Shown: positions 24,671 through 38,000 of the stretch, in pieces
Position numbering within the stretch: position 1 is the first letter of the stretch
How the letters are laid out: each line of letters opens with the position of its first letter
Assembly (NCBI GenBank): GCA_002269645.1
Contig: NIVC01000814.1
Coordinates: forward strand, 376,806-440,805
Direction: 5' to 3'
Length of the DNA: 64,000 bases
DNA from: Macrostomum lignano
Taxonomy: Eukaryota
Program-made: the position numbers and the translations under genes
The notes under the pieces: generated by a model
Told to the model about the DNA's origin: nothing
The model's database searches: none
Seen by the model: only the letters and a program-made list of their open reading frames with translations

Positions 24671-25654
24671 GTATGGGGCGGCTATTCTCGATTTTATGTT
24701 TAAATCAGTCGATTGAAAATAAATATGCATCAAAGACGAGGTATAATACGTATAACGAAGTAGTGTTATGATATATTTCTAGTTAGTCAACGAAATTGAC
24801 ATTGATTATAATTTAGTTGCAAATAGGACACAAAAAATCACAAGACAGGAGTGAACTATCAACCCAACATATCAATATATTTAAAGCTCCAGAACCAAAT
24901 ATAAAAACAGAATCGTTTTAGCAATTTTATAATATAGTAGAGATCTAAATTTAATACCGCATACGAGATGAGGATAAATCAGCGCAATAAAACAACTGGG
25001 AAGTTACCCTAATAACATGGAATAAAAATTAATTTAATAAAAAAGTTATTATAAGTGAAAATTTCATAAATTACTTTTATAAAAAATTGTGCAAGATATT
25101 TACATCAGATTGGACATGAAGTCCAGATGTGTAATCTTCAAAAGTATTGATAAAGGAAGCCTGAATGTCTCAATTAATGAATTCAAATTATATCTGAGAT
25201 ATCAGGTAAATTACCAATGTTACGAACTGTTTAGTGTCCTATTCAATTGAGACATTTTTGCATACTTTCTATACTTTTAAGTGAGGTTATTAATTTAATG
25301 TCATTCTAGCATAAAAATCTGATATACCTTAATGCACGAGTATAACAAACAAGAGGTACTTGTAAATGAGCTATATATATAGTATCTGAATATTCATAAA
25401 TAGTCATGCACCTTTTTTAATACAGGATAATAAACAATTAATAAAAAAGAAAAAATGACAATAACAATTGGACGCAAAAAAAAACTTTTTCAACTCAATT
25501 CAACGTAGCCTTAAAAAGGTATAATATAACCATCTAACTATCTAGTCAGAGGAACAGCTCCCAAAAAATGTAAACTATTGAATTATGGATATTTAATGAG
25601 TTTAGCTCGTATAATCGTTATTCTTTTACCTAGATAAGAAGCTTAGGTTTACAG

Positions 25655-25770
25655 AAGCTTACAATTTACAGAAGCTTACAGTTTATATAAGCTTACAGTT
25701 CACAGAAGCTCACAGTTTACAGAAGCTTACAGTTTACAGAAGCTTACAGTTTACAGAAGCTTACAGAATC
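25655..25770. repeat. 17-bp minisatellite (AGCTTACAGTTTACAGA)
   Basis: Direct tandem repeats. Confidence 0.85.
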
Positions 25771-25901
25771 AGTGCAGTAGCTTGTAAAGGAACAATACAT
25801 CTAAGATTTTGCTTTTAAAGCAGAATTTGTGACCACAGTAACGAAAACAGACGGTCAACCTTTCTTGGAAATATCTTTCAGTTCTTCAGTTGGAATTTCA
25901 A

Positions 25902-27767
25902 TCACAGAGCACTAGCACTATTAGAAGCCGATGGCGTCTTGGCACTGCTCGGATCATTCTGATTGGCTGAAGAATCCACAACTGCCGCCTCATTCTGCTG
26001 ATCACTTAAGACAGCCTGTTGATCTGATGACTCAACATCGAAACGATTGTTCTCGCGATAATCATCCGGAAGCGATGTATGAAAGTATAATTTTAATTCT
26101 CTTTTAATAGCCGCGCAAAGGTAAGATGTTAGTAGGATTAGAGGAACAATGTAAAGCAAAGCTGGTTGGCCGCTGCCTGTAGCAAAGAGAACGCCGGCAC
26201 AGGCGCCAAGTCCAAGCAGGTAGCCAATCATTGACGAGACAAAATAAGGATAGAAACGATTTTTCCAAGCCAAATCGAAGAACAAATTCAGACTGATTAG
26301 GATAGCCGGCATTATGACATCGCCGAGACCGAGAATTGAGTAGGGCAGCAGGCAGGTGGATACAGACTCAGCCGGAGGATAGGGCATGACCTTAAACACA
26401 ATGGGAATAATCTCCCCGGATAAACCGGCTGTTCCCAAGGCTACGCGTTCCATAAAAGAGCCGCCACGTTCGACGTAATAATCCATAACGGTGTCACGCC
26501 TAACTCTATTCAAGGTTGAAGCCTCCGTTGACGGCGGGTTCGTTGGACTCGGGCCGCTGCCGCTGCCGCCGCCGCCGCCAGAGAATAGCGGCGTAATAAA
26601 GACAAAGAAAACGTCGTACACTAGGAAGCATATCAGGATAATTGTAGCAATCTTGATGCGCAGAGCCATAGCCAAGGATTCAATGACGCGCAACACGAGT
26701 ACAACGTTAAGAATATTAGTCAAGATGAAGGCCCAATGAGCATTGCGGAATACAAACCAGATTACGGCAACTGCCAGACAAAATGGATAAACGATAAACT
26801 CTAAATAAGTGTAAGATATTTTTCCGCAACATTTGCCAAGATCGAATTCTACAGTAGTTGCTAGCCAAGGCCTTGGACCAGTCTCTAGTTTGGCTTTCAC
26901 GCAGGCCAGATAGATTCTATTGATATAATAGACGAGACTGCTAGACACGGAATAGCCGTAGAGCACTAGCATTAACCAAACGAAATAGTCGTAAGCAAAG
27001 TTCAATAGCAACAGTATAGTGATTGGAATGGCAAGCAGAATAATAGTGAATATCGCTGTGTGCCACCAAGGCGCGCTAGCATTTACGTCTGGCTCATGTT
27101 CGGAGTTCGTATTCACATTAGAGGCCAACCTTGAGCGTGTTAACAAGTATTCTTTCAATGCTGTAGCGGCTGTAATGCAAGACAGCACCATAGTGACCAA
27201 TGCGATAGCATACAAAATGAGAAACATGTACTGCTTAGAACCGGAATTGTCGTCGTCTGGCCTATAGAGAGTCGCTTTGACATTCGAATCCGACATGAAC
27301 TGCGACTTAAAGGATTGGTAAGCTACCTTCGATATAACGACAGTTTGAAAGCTCTTAGGTAGAAGGTGCGACTCGGCCGTTAAATAAGTCGGATACCTTT
27401 CTGACGATACCACAATAAGACCAATGGCACCTTGAGCGAATGCGTTAACAGCCTTATCTGTATAGGTGCAACCACCCAAAGCCAGTATGACAATGCGATT
27501 AGCATAACTGGCATTGTTTCTATTGCATCCGTTGTTTGGATAAGCATCGATAATTGGCTTGCTATCCGACGAGTGGAAAGTGTTGCTCAGATTAAAGGTT
27601 AACGATGGATCGCCGTAGGCGCAATAGTTCTCATAATGAGAATCCGTGGTGCCAACGCGAAGATAAGCAATACCATTGATATTTAAATTCAAGGCTCTCG
27701 CTGTTCCGACTTCGAGTAGGAGAACCAGCAGAACTACCAGCGACAACCAACTTGCTCGTTGGTTCAT
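25902..27767 (-). CDS. SPPL2: Signal peptide peptidase-like 2 (GxGD intramembrane protease with PA domain), intronless
   Basis: Signal peptide, PA domain (NGC...IVILALGGCTYTDKAVNAFAQGAIGLIV), catalytic YD (LVYDVFFVF), LGLGD and QPALLY; ATG at 27767. Confidence 0.93.
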   Translation of the reverse strand: MNQRASWLSLVVLLVLLLEVGTARALNLNINGIAYLRVGTTDSHYENYCAYGDPSLTFNLSNTFHSSDSKPIIDAYPNNGCNRNNASYANRIVILALGGCTYTDKAVNAFAQGAIGLIVVSSERYPTYLTAESHLLPKSFQTVVISKVAYQSFKSQFMSDSNVKATLYRPDDDNSGSKQYMFLILYAIALVTMVLSCITAATALKEYLLTRSRLASNVNTNSEHEPDVNASAPWWHTAIFTIILLAIPITILLLLNFAYDYFVWLMLVLYGYSVSSSLVYYINRIYLACVKAKLETGPRPWLATTVEFDLGKCCGKISYTYLEFIVYPFCLAVAVIWFVFRNAHWAFILTNILNVVLVLRVIESLAMALRIKIATIILICFLVYDVFFVFITPLFSGGGGGSGSGPSPTNPPSTEASTLNRVRRDTVMDYYVERGGSFMERVALGTAGLSGEIIPIVFKVMPYPPAESVSTCLLPYSILGLGDVIMPAILISLNLFFDLAWKNRFYPYFVSSMIGYLLGLGACAGVLFATGSGQPALLYIVPLILLTSYLCAAIKRELKLYFHTSLPDDYRENNRFDVESSDQQAVLSDQQNEAAVVDSSANQNDPSSAKTPSASNSASAL

Positions 27768-28569
27768 TGCTTTCTCTTTGAAGAAAATTGATCGTTCAAA
27801 CAAATATTTATATAACTGCTGATCAACTCGTGAAAAATGGTATCATGAAACATTCAAAATATTGTGTCAGTCAGAGTTTACGATTTTAAATTTGGATACA
27901 AAGCTAGCTAAACAATAACAATTTTAAAAAAACACGAAGACATAAGGCGTACTTTAACTCATAAATTCGCTTCAAATTTAATTTATTAACTAAACAAATA
28001 CAATGCCAGCGAAAAAACAAACAAATATTTACAATTTGTAACAATTAAAAAATCAATCTAATAATTATAACTATTATTACCAAATATATAGAGACACCAT
28101 AGAAAATTTGCACAACATTCAATAAGTAAGAAGATACAATGAGAGTAACTATTAAACAGACTGATTGATATCTTACAGTGATTTTTTTAATCCAGTAGTA
28201 ATAGGACAATATAAAGTATTGTACAATAATAACTAGTGTGTATAGTAGGGTAAAATATGTGGACAATCTGATTGAAAAATCGAAGGAATTTAGTCGATCA
28301 TATAACACGATGAACAAGTATTACTGTGTAATTATGCATCTGGGTTGCATATGCATCATTATAATGAGTACAAAAACCAGTAAATTACCAAGCAAAACCA
28401 AGGATTACTAGAATTAGTATAAATGTAGCAACAAAATTGATCGATAGCAACGTATAATTTTTGTTACTAACACAACACCGATTCGTTAAGTTGAATGCTA
28501 CCCGTTTTCGTGCTTGTAAGAATTCTTCAGAATGTACTATAAAGCGATGTTATGAGCGATTCTGTGCTG

Positions 28570-28887
28570 AATTGATTAATTAATTGAATACACCTGTTCT
28601 GATGCGCAGATGTGCAACCGACAGCTCAGCCTCAGCTATTGCGCAGCGCATCTGAAGGCTGCGTACGGCTATTCAGTCTAAGAACTTCAGCTACAAAGGT
28701 TCGCCACATAGCCTCAAATACCCCAGCCAATGCAGGCACCCATTTTACAGCTGGGTGAACTGAAGCAATGCAGAGTCAATTGGCTTGCTCAAGGACAAAA
28801 ATAAAGTTCCGAATGGGTCGAGAATCGAACCCCTGACTTTTCAGTTGTGAGTTAGAGTTAGACGTCTAACCACTAGGCTACAACCCC
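28570..28887 (-). mobile_element. tRNA-derived CORE-type SINE
   Basis: Minus-strand head with A box TAGCCTAGTGG and B box GGTTCGATTCTC. 28739-28796 (CCCATTTTACAGCTGGGTGAACTGAAGC...CTTGCTCAAGGAC) resembles the MIR/CORE consensus as recalled. 3' boundary approximate. Confidence 0.65.
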
Positions 28888-29439
28888 TAGATTTCAACCT
28901 TTTGGATCGAACAGGTACTCAGTGCAAGTGGTCTTCTGTAAGTTTTTTGGAGTAATTTAACATTGAACAGATTTAAGGACGTCAAGCTAGGGGTCAAGGG
29001 ACAACATCCATATGATTGTGTGTCTTCCTGAATTTAGACCCCGGATGCCGGAGTCTCAGTGGTTTAAAGTGTCCAAAGGTAGATATATAAGTATGTATCT
29101 GATTTAGACTGATTCCGGTTGGCGTCCTGGTTTTCGAATGCCAAATTATAATACGATTTTTCTCTGACGCATACTCATAAAACCGAGTTTGAAAGGCTCA
29201 ATTTTCTTTGTCAGTTAATTAGTATCTTTACCCTATATCTGTATCATTTCTAATGTACTAAATCGAATAGATTTATTAACAATCGACCGGATAATAAATG
29301 ATGCCTGCAGCTCACATCAAGGAATTTTTCTGTTAAATAAGGTAACGTAGTTCTAGGCGTTATTAAGCAAGAAAGATAGGAACCCTCCAAGCAGGGTGTC
29401 TTGATGAAACTATTGACGAATGCCAGTTGCAACGCTGTG

Positions 29440-30558
<1,119 letters not shown>

Positions 30559-31295
30559 ACTAAATCACTCTTGTTTGAATAAAATCATGCAAATTATCAA
30601 TAAAAAAGTATAGATTCATAAAGCATAATTGTAACTACTTTATACTTGACCTATCTAAGTATGAAATTTGATTACATCAAAACTATTATTAAATTCTAAC
30701 AGTAATAAAAGCAAAATAAATTGAAATCAAATAAGTTACACAATCAATCAGAACACAAATACTGGACACTGTCTTTATTTACTTAGCAGATTAATAAGAA
30801 ATCAATATTTTAAAACGAATTATAAAAAAATCTTATTTAACACGACAACTACATGTTGATATCACAAAATGGCACAAATGTCATTGTGCCTTACAGTAGT
30901 ATAATTGGACATGTAAACGACACAACCAGGAAGAAGAGTAGTTAGCTAGTAGTATGAAGAGACATGAAATTCATATGTACATTGCAGTACATTATGAATA
31001 AGAATTTAAGCAGATAATTTAACTAACAAAAACAATTATTCCAAGACTCGAAAATTAGTATAGGAAAGATTTTTAAGACATTCAGATTAAAATGTACCAA
31101 AAACCCTACTATAACCAACAGCGATGACCAAAAGCGAAAAATAACAATGCAGCCTAAGCGTCGCAAATTAAAACTACTCCTATGATTTAAGGCGAAAATT
31201 TCTATTCTTACAGAATTTTGAACCAATTTACCATAAACTATGACCCAACAAGTATCATAGAAAACTTACTATGCCGTTGCTACGGCAATAAAACA

Positions 31296-32000
31296 ACAAA
31301 GCAACTGAAGCTGCGGTTGCTATGGAGATAATGGCAAATAACTGCATAGCAACTAAAGCTGCGGTTGCTATGATGATAATAACGCACAACTGCATAGCAA
31401 CTAAAGCTGCGGTTGCTATGGAGATAATAGCAAATAGCTGCATAGCAACTAAAGTTGCGGTTGCTATGGAGATAATAGCAAATAGCTGCATAGCAACTAA
31501 AGCTGCGGTTGCTATGGAGATAATGGCAAATAACTGCACAGCAACTAAAGCTGCGGTTGCTATGATGATAATAACGCGTAACTGCATAGCAACTAAAGCT
31601 GTGGTTGCTATGATGATAATAACGCGTAACTGCATAGCAACTAAAGCTGTGGTTGCTATGATGATAATAACGCGTAACTGCATAGCAACTAAAGCTGTGG
31701 TTGCTATGATGATAATAACGCACAACTGCATAGCAACTAAAGCTGTGGTTGCTATGATGATAATAGCAAATAGCTGCATAGCAACTAAAGCTGCGGTTGC
31801 TATGGAGATAATAGCAAATAGCTGCATAGCAACTAAAGCTGCGGTTGCTATGGAGATAATGGCAAATAGCTGCATAGCAACTAAAGCTGCGGTTGCTATG
31901 GAGATAATAGCAAATAGCTGCATAGCAACTAAAGCTGCGGTTGCTATGGAGATAATAGCAAATAGCTGCATAGCAACCAAAGCTGCGGTTGCTATGGTTA
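31296..32000. repeat. 48-bp tandem repeat, each unit with a 9-bp hairpin stem
   Basis: CATAGCAAC-TAAAGCTGCG-GTTGCTATG in each of about 14 units. Confidence 0.95.
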
Positions 32001-32094
32001 TAAATTAAATCGCGCATAAAGTCATAGACTGCAAAGCAACTAGTATTCAATTGAGGGCATAGTAACTAACGGTTGCTATGCAAACAGGCCGCAA

Positions 32095-35000
32095 CTACAA
32101 AAACGTTGTATCCTCAGTAAAAGCCCCAGCAAATCGATAGTCATCCCTGGCCAATACGCAGTACAATCGCTGAGGTGTCGGTCGCGAACCCGGCCCGGGT
32201 CGAGGCGCCACGCATCGTAGCAGCATCTCCTTGGCTGTGAATGGCGGGAATTTGCCTCCGCTATTAGTAGCAGAAGATGATTCCGGCAATGTTGCAGATG
32301 TTGCAGAATTGGCGGCAGCGGCGGCAGCAGCGACAGCGGCCGAGGCAGCGTGACTTTCAACAAACATTCGTTGCAAAGCGCTGCCAATAGGGCCTCGAGA
32401 TGCGCCAACAACCGGCACCTCCGGTTGCCTGAGCAGATCTAGAAGGAATTGCCTAGTAACTGGGTCAGCCGAGTAAGAGGAGTCCTTGGCAACGCCGGTA
32501 CAGCAGGAGTTGAACTTGAACAGTAGGGAGCGCAATCGAACCACCTGAAGCAGTATGAGGTGTCTAAATACACAGTGACAAAACGAAACGCAAGGAAACT
32601 TTCTATTTTGGCTGGCTGAGTCTCAAAAAATATAAATGCTATACAAAAGTGCAATGCCCACTTAGCGCTATTAATAGTTTTGAGAAATAGTTACCGTGTG
32701 CTATTTTTACACATTTCCTTACACTCGCCCTCTGGTTCGCTGTTATGATGGGGTGGAGCAGGGTAACTGACTAACTAACTGACTAACTGACTGACTAACT
32801 GACTAACTAACTGACTAACTGACTAACTAACTAGCTAAACATCTAACTAAATAACTAACTGGTTAACTAACTCTGTGGTAAAGTACTAACTGACCGACTA
32901 ACTGACTGACTGGCGTGACTGAATGAATAACAAACCAATTAAATTAGATGGCTACAACTTATCTCATACTCAGATCCACAATATCATAACAAATTACCTG
33001 CAATTCCAGGTAAGCAATATCATTAACTAAGCTTTCGTATCGATCAGGATTAGCCGTCCGCTCTCTCGTAGCGTCGCAGGCTTTCTCGCAAGCGGCCTCC
33101 AGAGTGCGCAGAAACTTGGGCGCCGATTCCGACAGCATAGCTGCCTCTTCGGCTGGCAAATCCACTAAGCTAGCCAGACCGTCCAGCACAGCATTGGGTA
33201 GCAACAGCTTAGCAACCTCGGCCGGCGTTAAGCCGCTTAATTGTTGGAGTATCTTTTCTACTTCTTTAGTATCGTCAAACAGACGCCGTTGCAGTCTAGC
33301 CGGTATGGGCTTGGCAAGCTGCCAGGTTTCTAGCCAGATATTGCCCGGCAGTTGCATTCTTGCTGACAATTGGCCGTTGGAGAAATCTCGGGGCGAATGC
33401 CAGCGTACAAAGTCTTCCAGGCAGCAGCCCGGGTTCGCAGCCTGGGCGAGAGGACGGGTGGGAGATTATCGGGGGTTGATAGGGGAGATTATCGGGGGTT
33501 GATAGGGGAGATTATCGGGGGTTGATAGAGGAGATTATCGGGGGTTGATAGGGGAGATTATCGGGGGTTGATAGAGGAGATTATCGGGGGTTGATAGGGG
33601 AGATTATCGGGGGTTGATAAGGGAGATTATCGGGGGTTGATATGGGGAGATTATCGGGGGTTGATATGGGGAGATTATCGGGGGTTGATAGGGGAGATTA
33701 TCGGGGTTGATAGGGGAGATTATCGGGTTGATAGGGGAGATTATCGGGGGTTGATATGGGGAGATTATCGGGGGTTGATAAGGTAGATTATCGAAGTTTT
33801 GGCTAGAGAAGATCATCGGGGGTTGATAGCGATTTCCAATGGGGATCAAAAGCGATTTCCAATAAGGGATCAAACAGCGATTCCCAATGGGGATCAAACA
33901 GCGATTTCCAATGGGGATCAAAGGGCAATTTCAGTGTGGGGATCAAAAAGCGATTCCCAGCGTGGGATCGAACCCCAGACCAACCTTAAAGGCCTGCATA
34001 TCGCTGAGCAGTGAGCTGCTCTGCATTCGAGCCCGCAGCGCGGCGGCCTGAGAATCGGTGCCCAATTTAGCCAGCAATTCGGTGTGCTCTTCCAGACTGT
34101 CCTCGGTCATTGGCGGCGCCTGTTGCGTAGCCGGAACCCACAGCACTCTATCGGGCCGTTTCAACAGTCGAACGGGTTCAGCAGCCGAAGCCGACGAAGA
34201 TGTCGAGGCGACGACGAATTGTCGAAGCCGACCGTCTGGCTGATGATCGGGCTGCATCGGCTCCTCTTCGCATTCGAAGAATTCGTCCTCTCCATCCTCT
34301 CCGTCAACGCTGACGTCACCTTCCATGTTGACGTCATTGTTGGATTGTTGTTCACTCGAAGCTGTGACGGACTCCGACTCTTCGCGTTGCTGTACAGTTG
34401 CCATGGAGGAGGTTTTCTCCCTAGAAATACGCAGATCGACTCTTTTAGCGGTACCAAATAGGCATAGGCATGCCCTAGTGCATAGTTGAGTAGATACTCG
34501 AAGATGGCAGGAGTAGATACTCGAAGATGGCAGGAGTAGATACTCGCGCAAGAGTAGATACTCGAAGATGGCAAGAGTAGATACTCTAAGATGGCGAGAG
34601 TAGATACTCGAAGATGGCAAGAGTAGATACTCGAAGATGACAAGAGTAGATACTCGAAGATGACAAGAGTAGATACTCGAAGATGGCAAGAGTAGATACT
34701 CTAAGATGGCGAGAGTAGATACTCGAAGATGGCAAGAGTGGATACTCGAAGATGGCAAGAGTAGATGCTCGAAGATGACAAGAGTAGATGCTCGAAGATG
34801 ACAAGAGTAGATACTCGAAGATGGCAAGAGTAGATACTCGAAGATGACAAGAGTAGATACTCGAAGATGGCAAGAGTAGATACTCGAAGATGGCAAGAGT
34901 AGATACTCGAAGATGGCGCAAGAGTAGATAATCGAAGATAGCAAGAGTAGATGGCAAGAGTAGATACTCGAAGATGGCAAGAGTAGATACTCGAAGATGG

Positions 35001-38000
35001 CGCAAGAGTAGATACTCGAAGATGGCAAGAGTAGATACTCGAAGATGGCGAGAGTAGATACTCGAAGATGGCAGGAGTAGTTACTCGAAGATGGCAAGTA
35101 GATACTTAAACAATGGCACCCGAGCATGCTAAACATTAATGACAACTTTGAATGTACTTTTTTTACATTTTTAAAAAACCATTCAATGCCTACTATAAGT
35201 AACAAACCTAGCCAGTTTTCGCCCGATACACAATTGCAACATCTGCAATTTCTGGTGCAACAGCGAGGTGCCCAAGTCTGGCGGCGTCTCAACAATGTCC
35301 TCTTGACACTGGCTGTCTTCCGTCTCGGCAGAAGGCGACGCCGTGGCAGCCGCTGGCAACGGACAGGAGTTCTCCCAGCGATAGCGCAATTCCAGCACCA
35401 CCTCTTGCCACAGGTGAGCAACAGCGTGAATACCGCTGGAGTGAGTGTGATTCAGTGTGGCCACGGCCAGGGTCAGACGGTGGGCAAGGGAGCCCAGTGG
35501 GGCGCATTTCAGATCGCGAGCCAACTTCTGAGCTCGCTCGGAGTACTGCTGAGGCTGCTGCTGAGTCGCATCTGAGGGGGGGGGGAAGCACGTTTCATAG
35601 TCTATCACATACCGGATGCTTTAGTGAACACTGGCTACCACATCCCGGATGCCTTAGTGGACATCGGCTACCACATCCCTGATGCTTTAGTGGTCATTGG
35701 CTACCACATCCCTGATGCTTTAGTGGTCATTGGCTACCACATCCCTGATGCTTTAGTGAACACTGGTTACCACATCCCAGATGCCTTAGTGAAAATCGGC
35801 TACCACATCCCAGATGCCTTGTGGTCATTGGCTACCACATCACGGATGCTTTAGTGGACATTGGCTACCACATCCCTGATGCTTTAGTAGTCATTGGCTA
35901 CCACATCCCTGATGCTTTAGTAGTCATTGGCTACCACATCCCTGATGCTTTAGTGAACACTGGTTACCACATCCCAGATGCCTTAGTGAAAATCGGCTAC
36001 CACATCCCAGATGCCTTGTGGTCATTGGCTACCACATCCCTGATGCTTTAGTGAACACTGGTTACCACATCCCAGATGCCTTAGTGAAAATCGGCTACCA
36101 CATCCCGGATGCCTTGTGGTCATTGGCTACCACATCACGGATGCTTTAGTGGACATTGGCTACCACATCCCTGATGCTTTAGTAGTCATTGGCTACCACA
36201 TCCCTGATGCTTTAGTAGTCATTGGCTACCACATCCCTGATGCTTTAGTGGACACTGGCTACCACATCCCTGATGTTCTAGTTGACATTGGCTACCAGCT
36301 TGAATGTTGCAAATCTCGCACATAACGTTCTCCATCATAAACTCCAAAACAAACCTACTCGACACTCCTGCCGCATCGGGGAACAAAAAGTGCAGCAAGC
36401 TGTTCAGCTGGGCTTCGCTCAACGGAGCCGATTGGTCGCTTCGGACAGACAGCTTGGAAGTGGCCCGGCGAACCACACCGGTGGCAGCGTCGGTCATGCT
36501 GGGCACTCGGCTGCCAGTCAGACGGTCCAGAGCTCTGCAGAGTGGAAGTTTTGTATGGCAATTTTTAATGGTACATTTGTATCTTGTATACAGAGATTTA
36601 TAATATGGAAATAGGGTAGCAAGATGTGGTCAAGCAACTAGGGATAGAGCTGAGAGGCTGGCACAGCAACTGAGAACGGAAATAACAGGTTTGCCCAGCA
36701 AATGAGGATGGAGCTGAGAAACTGATCGAGCAACTGAGGGTGGATCTGAGAGGCTGGTTCAGCAAATGAGGATGGAGCTGACAGGCTGGTTTAGCAACTG
36801 AGAACGGAAATAACAGGTTTGCCCAGCAACTGAGGATGGAGCTGAGAAACTGATCGAGCAACTGAGGGTGGATCTGAGAGGCTGGTTCAGCAAATGAGGA
36901 TGGAGCTGACAGGCTGGTTCAGCAACTGAGAACGGAAATAACAGGTTTGCCCAGCAACTGAGGATGGAGCTGAGAAACTGATCGAGCAACTGAGGGTAGA
37001 TCTGAGAGGCTGGTTCAGCAAATGAGGATGGAGCTGAGAGACTGATCGAGCAACTGAGGATGGAGCTGAGAGACTGATCGAGCAACTGAGGATGGAGCTG
37101 AGAGACTTATCGAGCAACTGAAGATGGAGCTGAGAGGCTGATCGATCAACTGAAGATGGAGCTGAGAGACTGATCGAGCAACTGAGGATGGAGCTGAGAG
37201 ACTGATCGAGCAACTGAGGATGGAGCTGAGAGACTGATCGAGCAACTGAGGATGGAGCTGAGAGACTGATCGAGCAACTGAGGATGGAGCTGAGAGACTG
37301 ATCGAGCAACTGAGGATGGAGCTGAGAGACTGATCGAGCAACTGAGGATGGAGCTGAGAGACTGATCGAGCAACTGAGGATGGAGCTGAGAGACTGATCG
37401 AGCAACTGAGGATAGAGCTGAGAGACTGATCGAGCAACTGAGGATGGAGCTGAGAGACTGATCGAGCAACTGAGGATGGAGCTGAGAGACTGATCGAGCA
37501 ACTGAGAATGGAGCTGAGAGACTGATCGAGCAACTGAGCATGGAGCTGTGGAGGCTGGCCCAGCAACTGAGCATGGAGCTGTGGAGGCTGGCCCAGCAAC
37601 TGAGCATGGAGCTGTGAAGGCTGGCCCAGCAACTGAGCATGGAGCTGTGGAGGCTGGCCCAGCAACTGAGCATGGAGTTGTGGAGGCTGGCCCAGCAACT
37701 GAGGATGGAGCTGGGAGGCTGGCCTAGTAACTGAGGATGTAGCAGGGAGACTGGTCCAGCAACTGAGGATCTGAAAGGATGATTGCCCATAATCCAAGAC
37801 CATCGCGCAGAACTATCAAGACAACACAAACCATCGCGCAGAACTATCAAGACAACACAAACCATCGCGCAGAACTATCAAGACAACACAAACCATCGCG
37901 CAGAACTATCAAGACAATCACAAACCTACCTAGAAGCAGTAGCCGACTCCAACGCGGCTCCATCGCTGCTTTTGCCGCCGCCGCCGCCGCCGTCGGCAGC

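Noticed and set aside
31296-32000. CRISPR-like array of palindromic repeats
   Set aside because: Linkers are two recurring variants rather than unique spacers, there are no cas genes, and the context is eukaryotic.
31255-32050. Long ORFs on both strands (241, 256, 228 aa)
   Set aside because: Produced by a stop-free 48-bp repeat with a period divisible by 3; no non-repeat coding flanks.
33943-35421. 492-aa single ORF
   Set aside because: Read-through of RAB3GAP1 exon 6 into an intronic minisatellite; real exons have canonical splice sites and conserved motifs.
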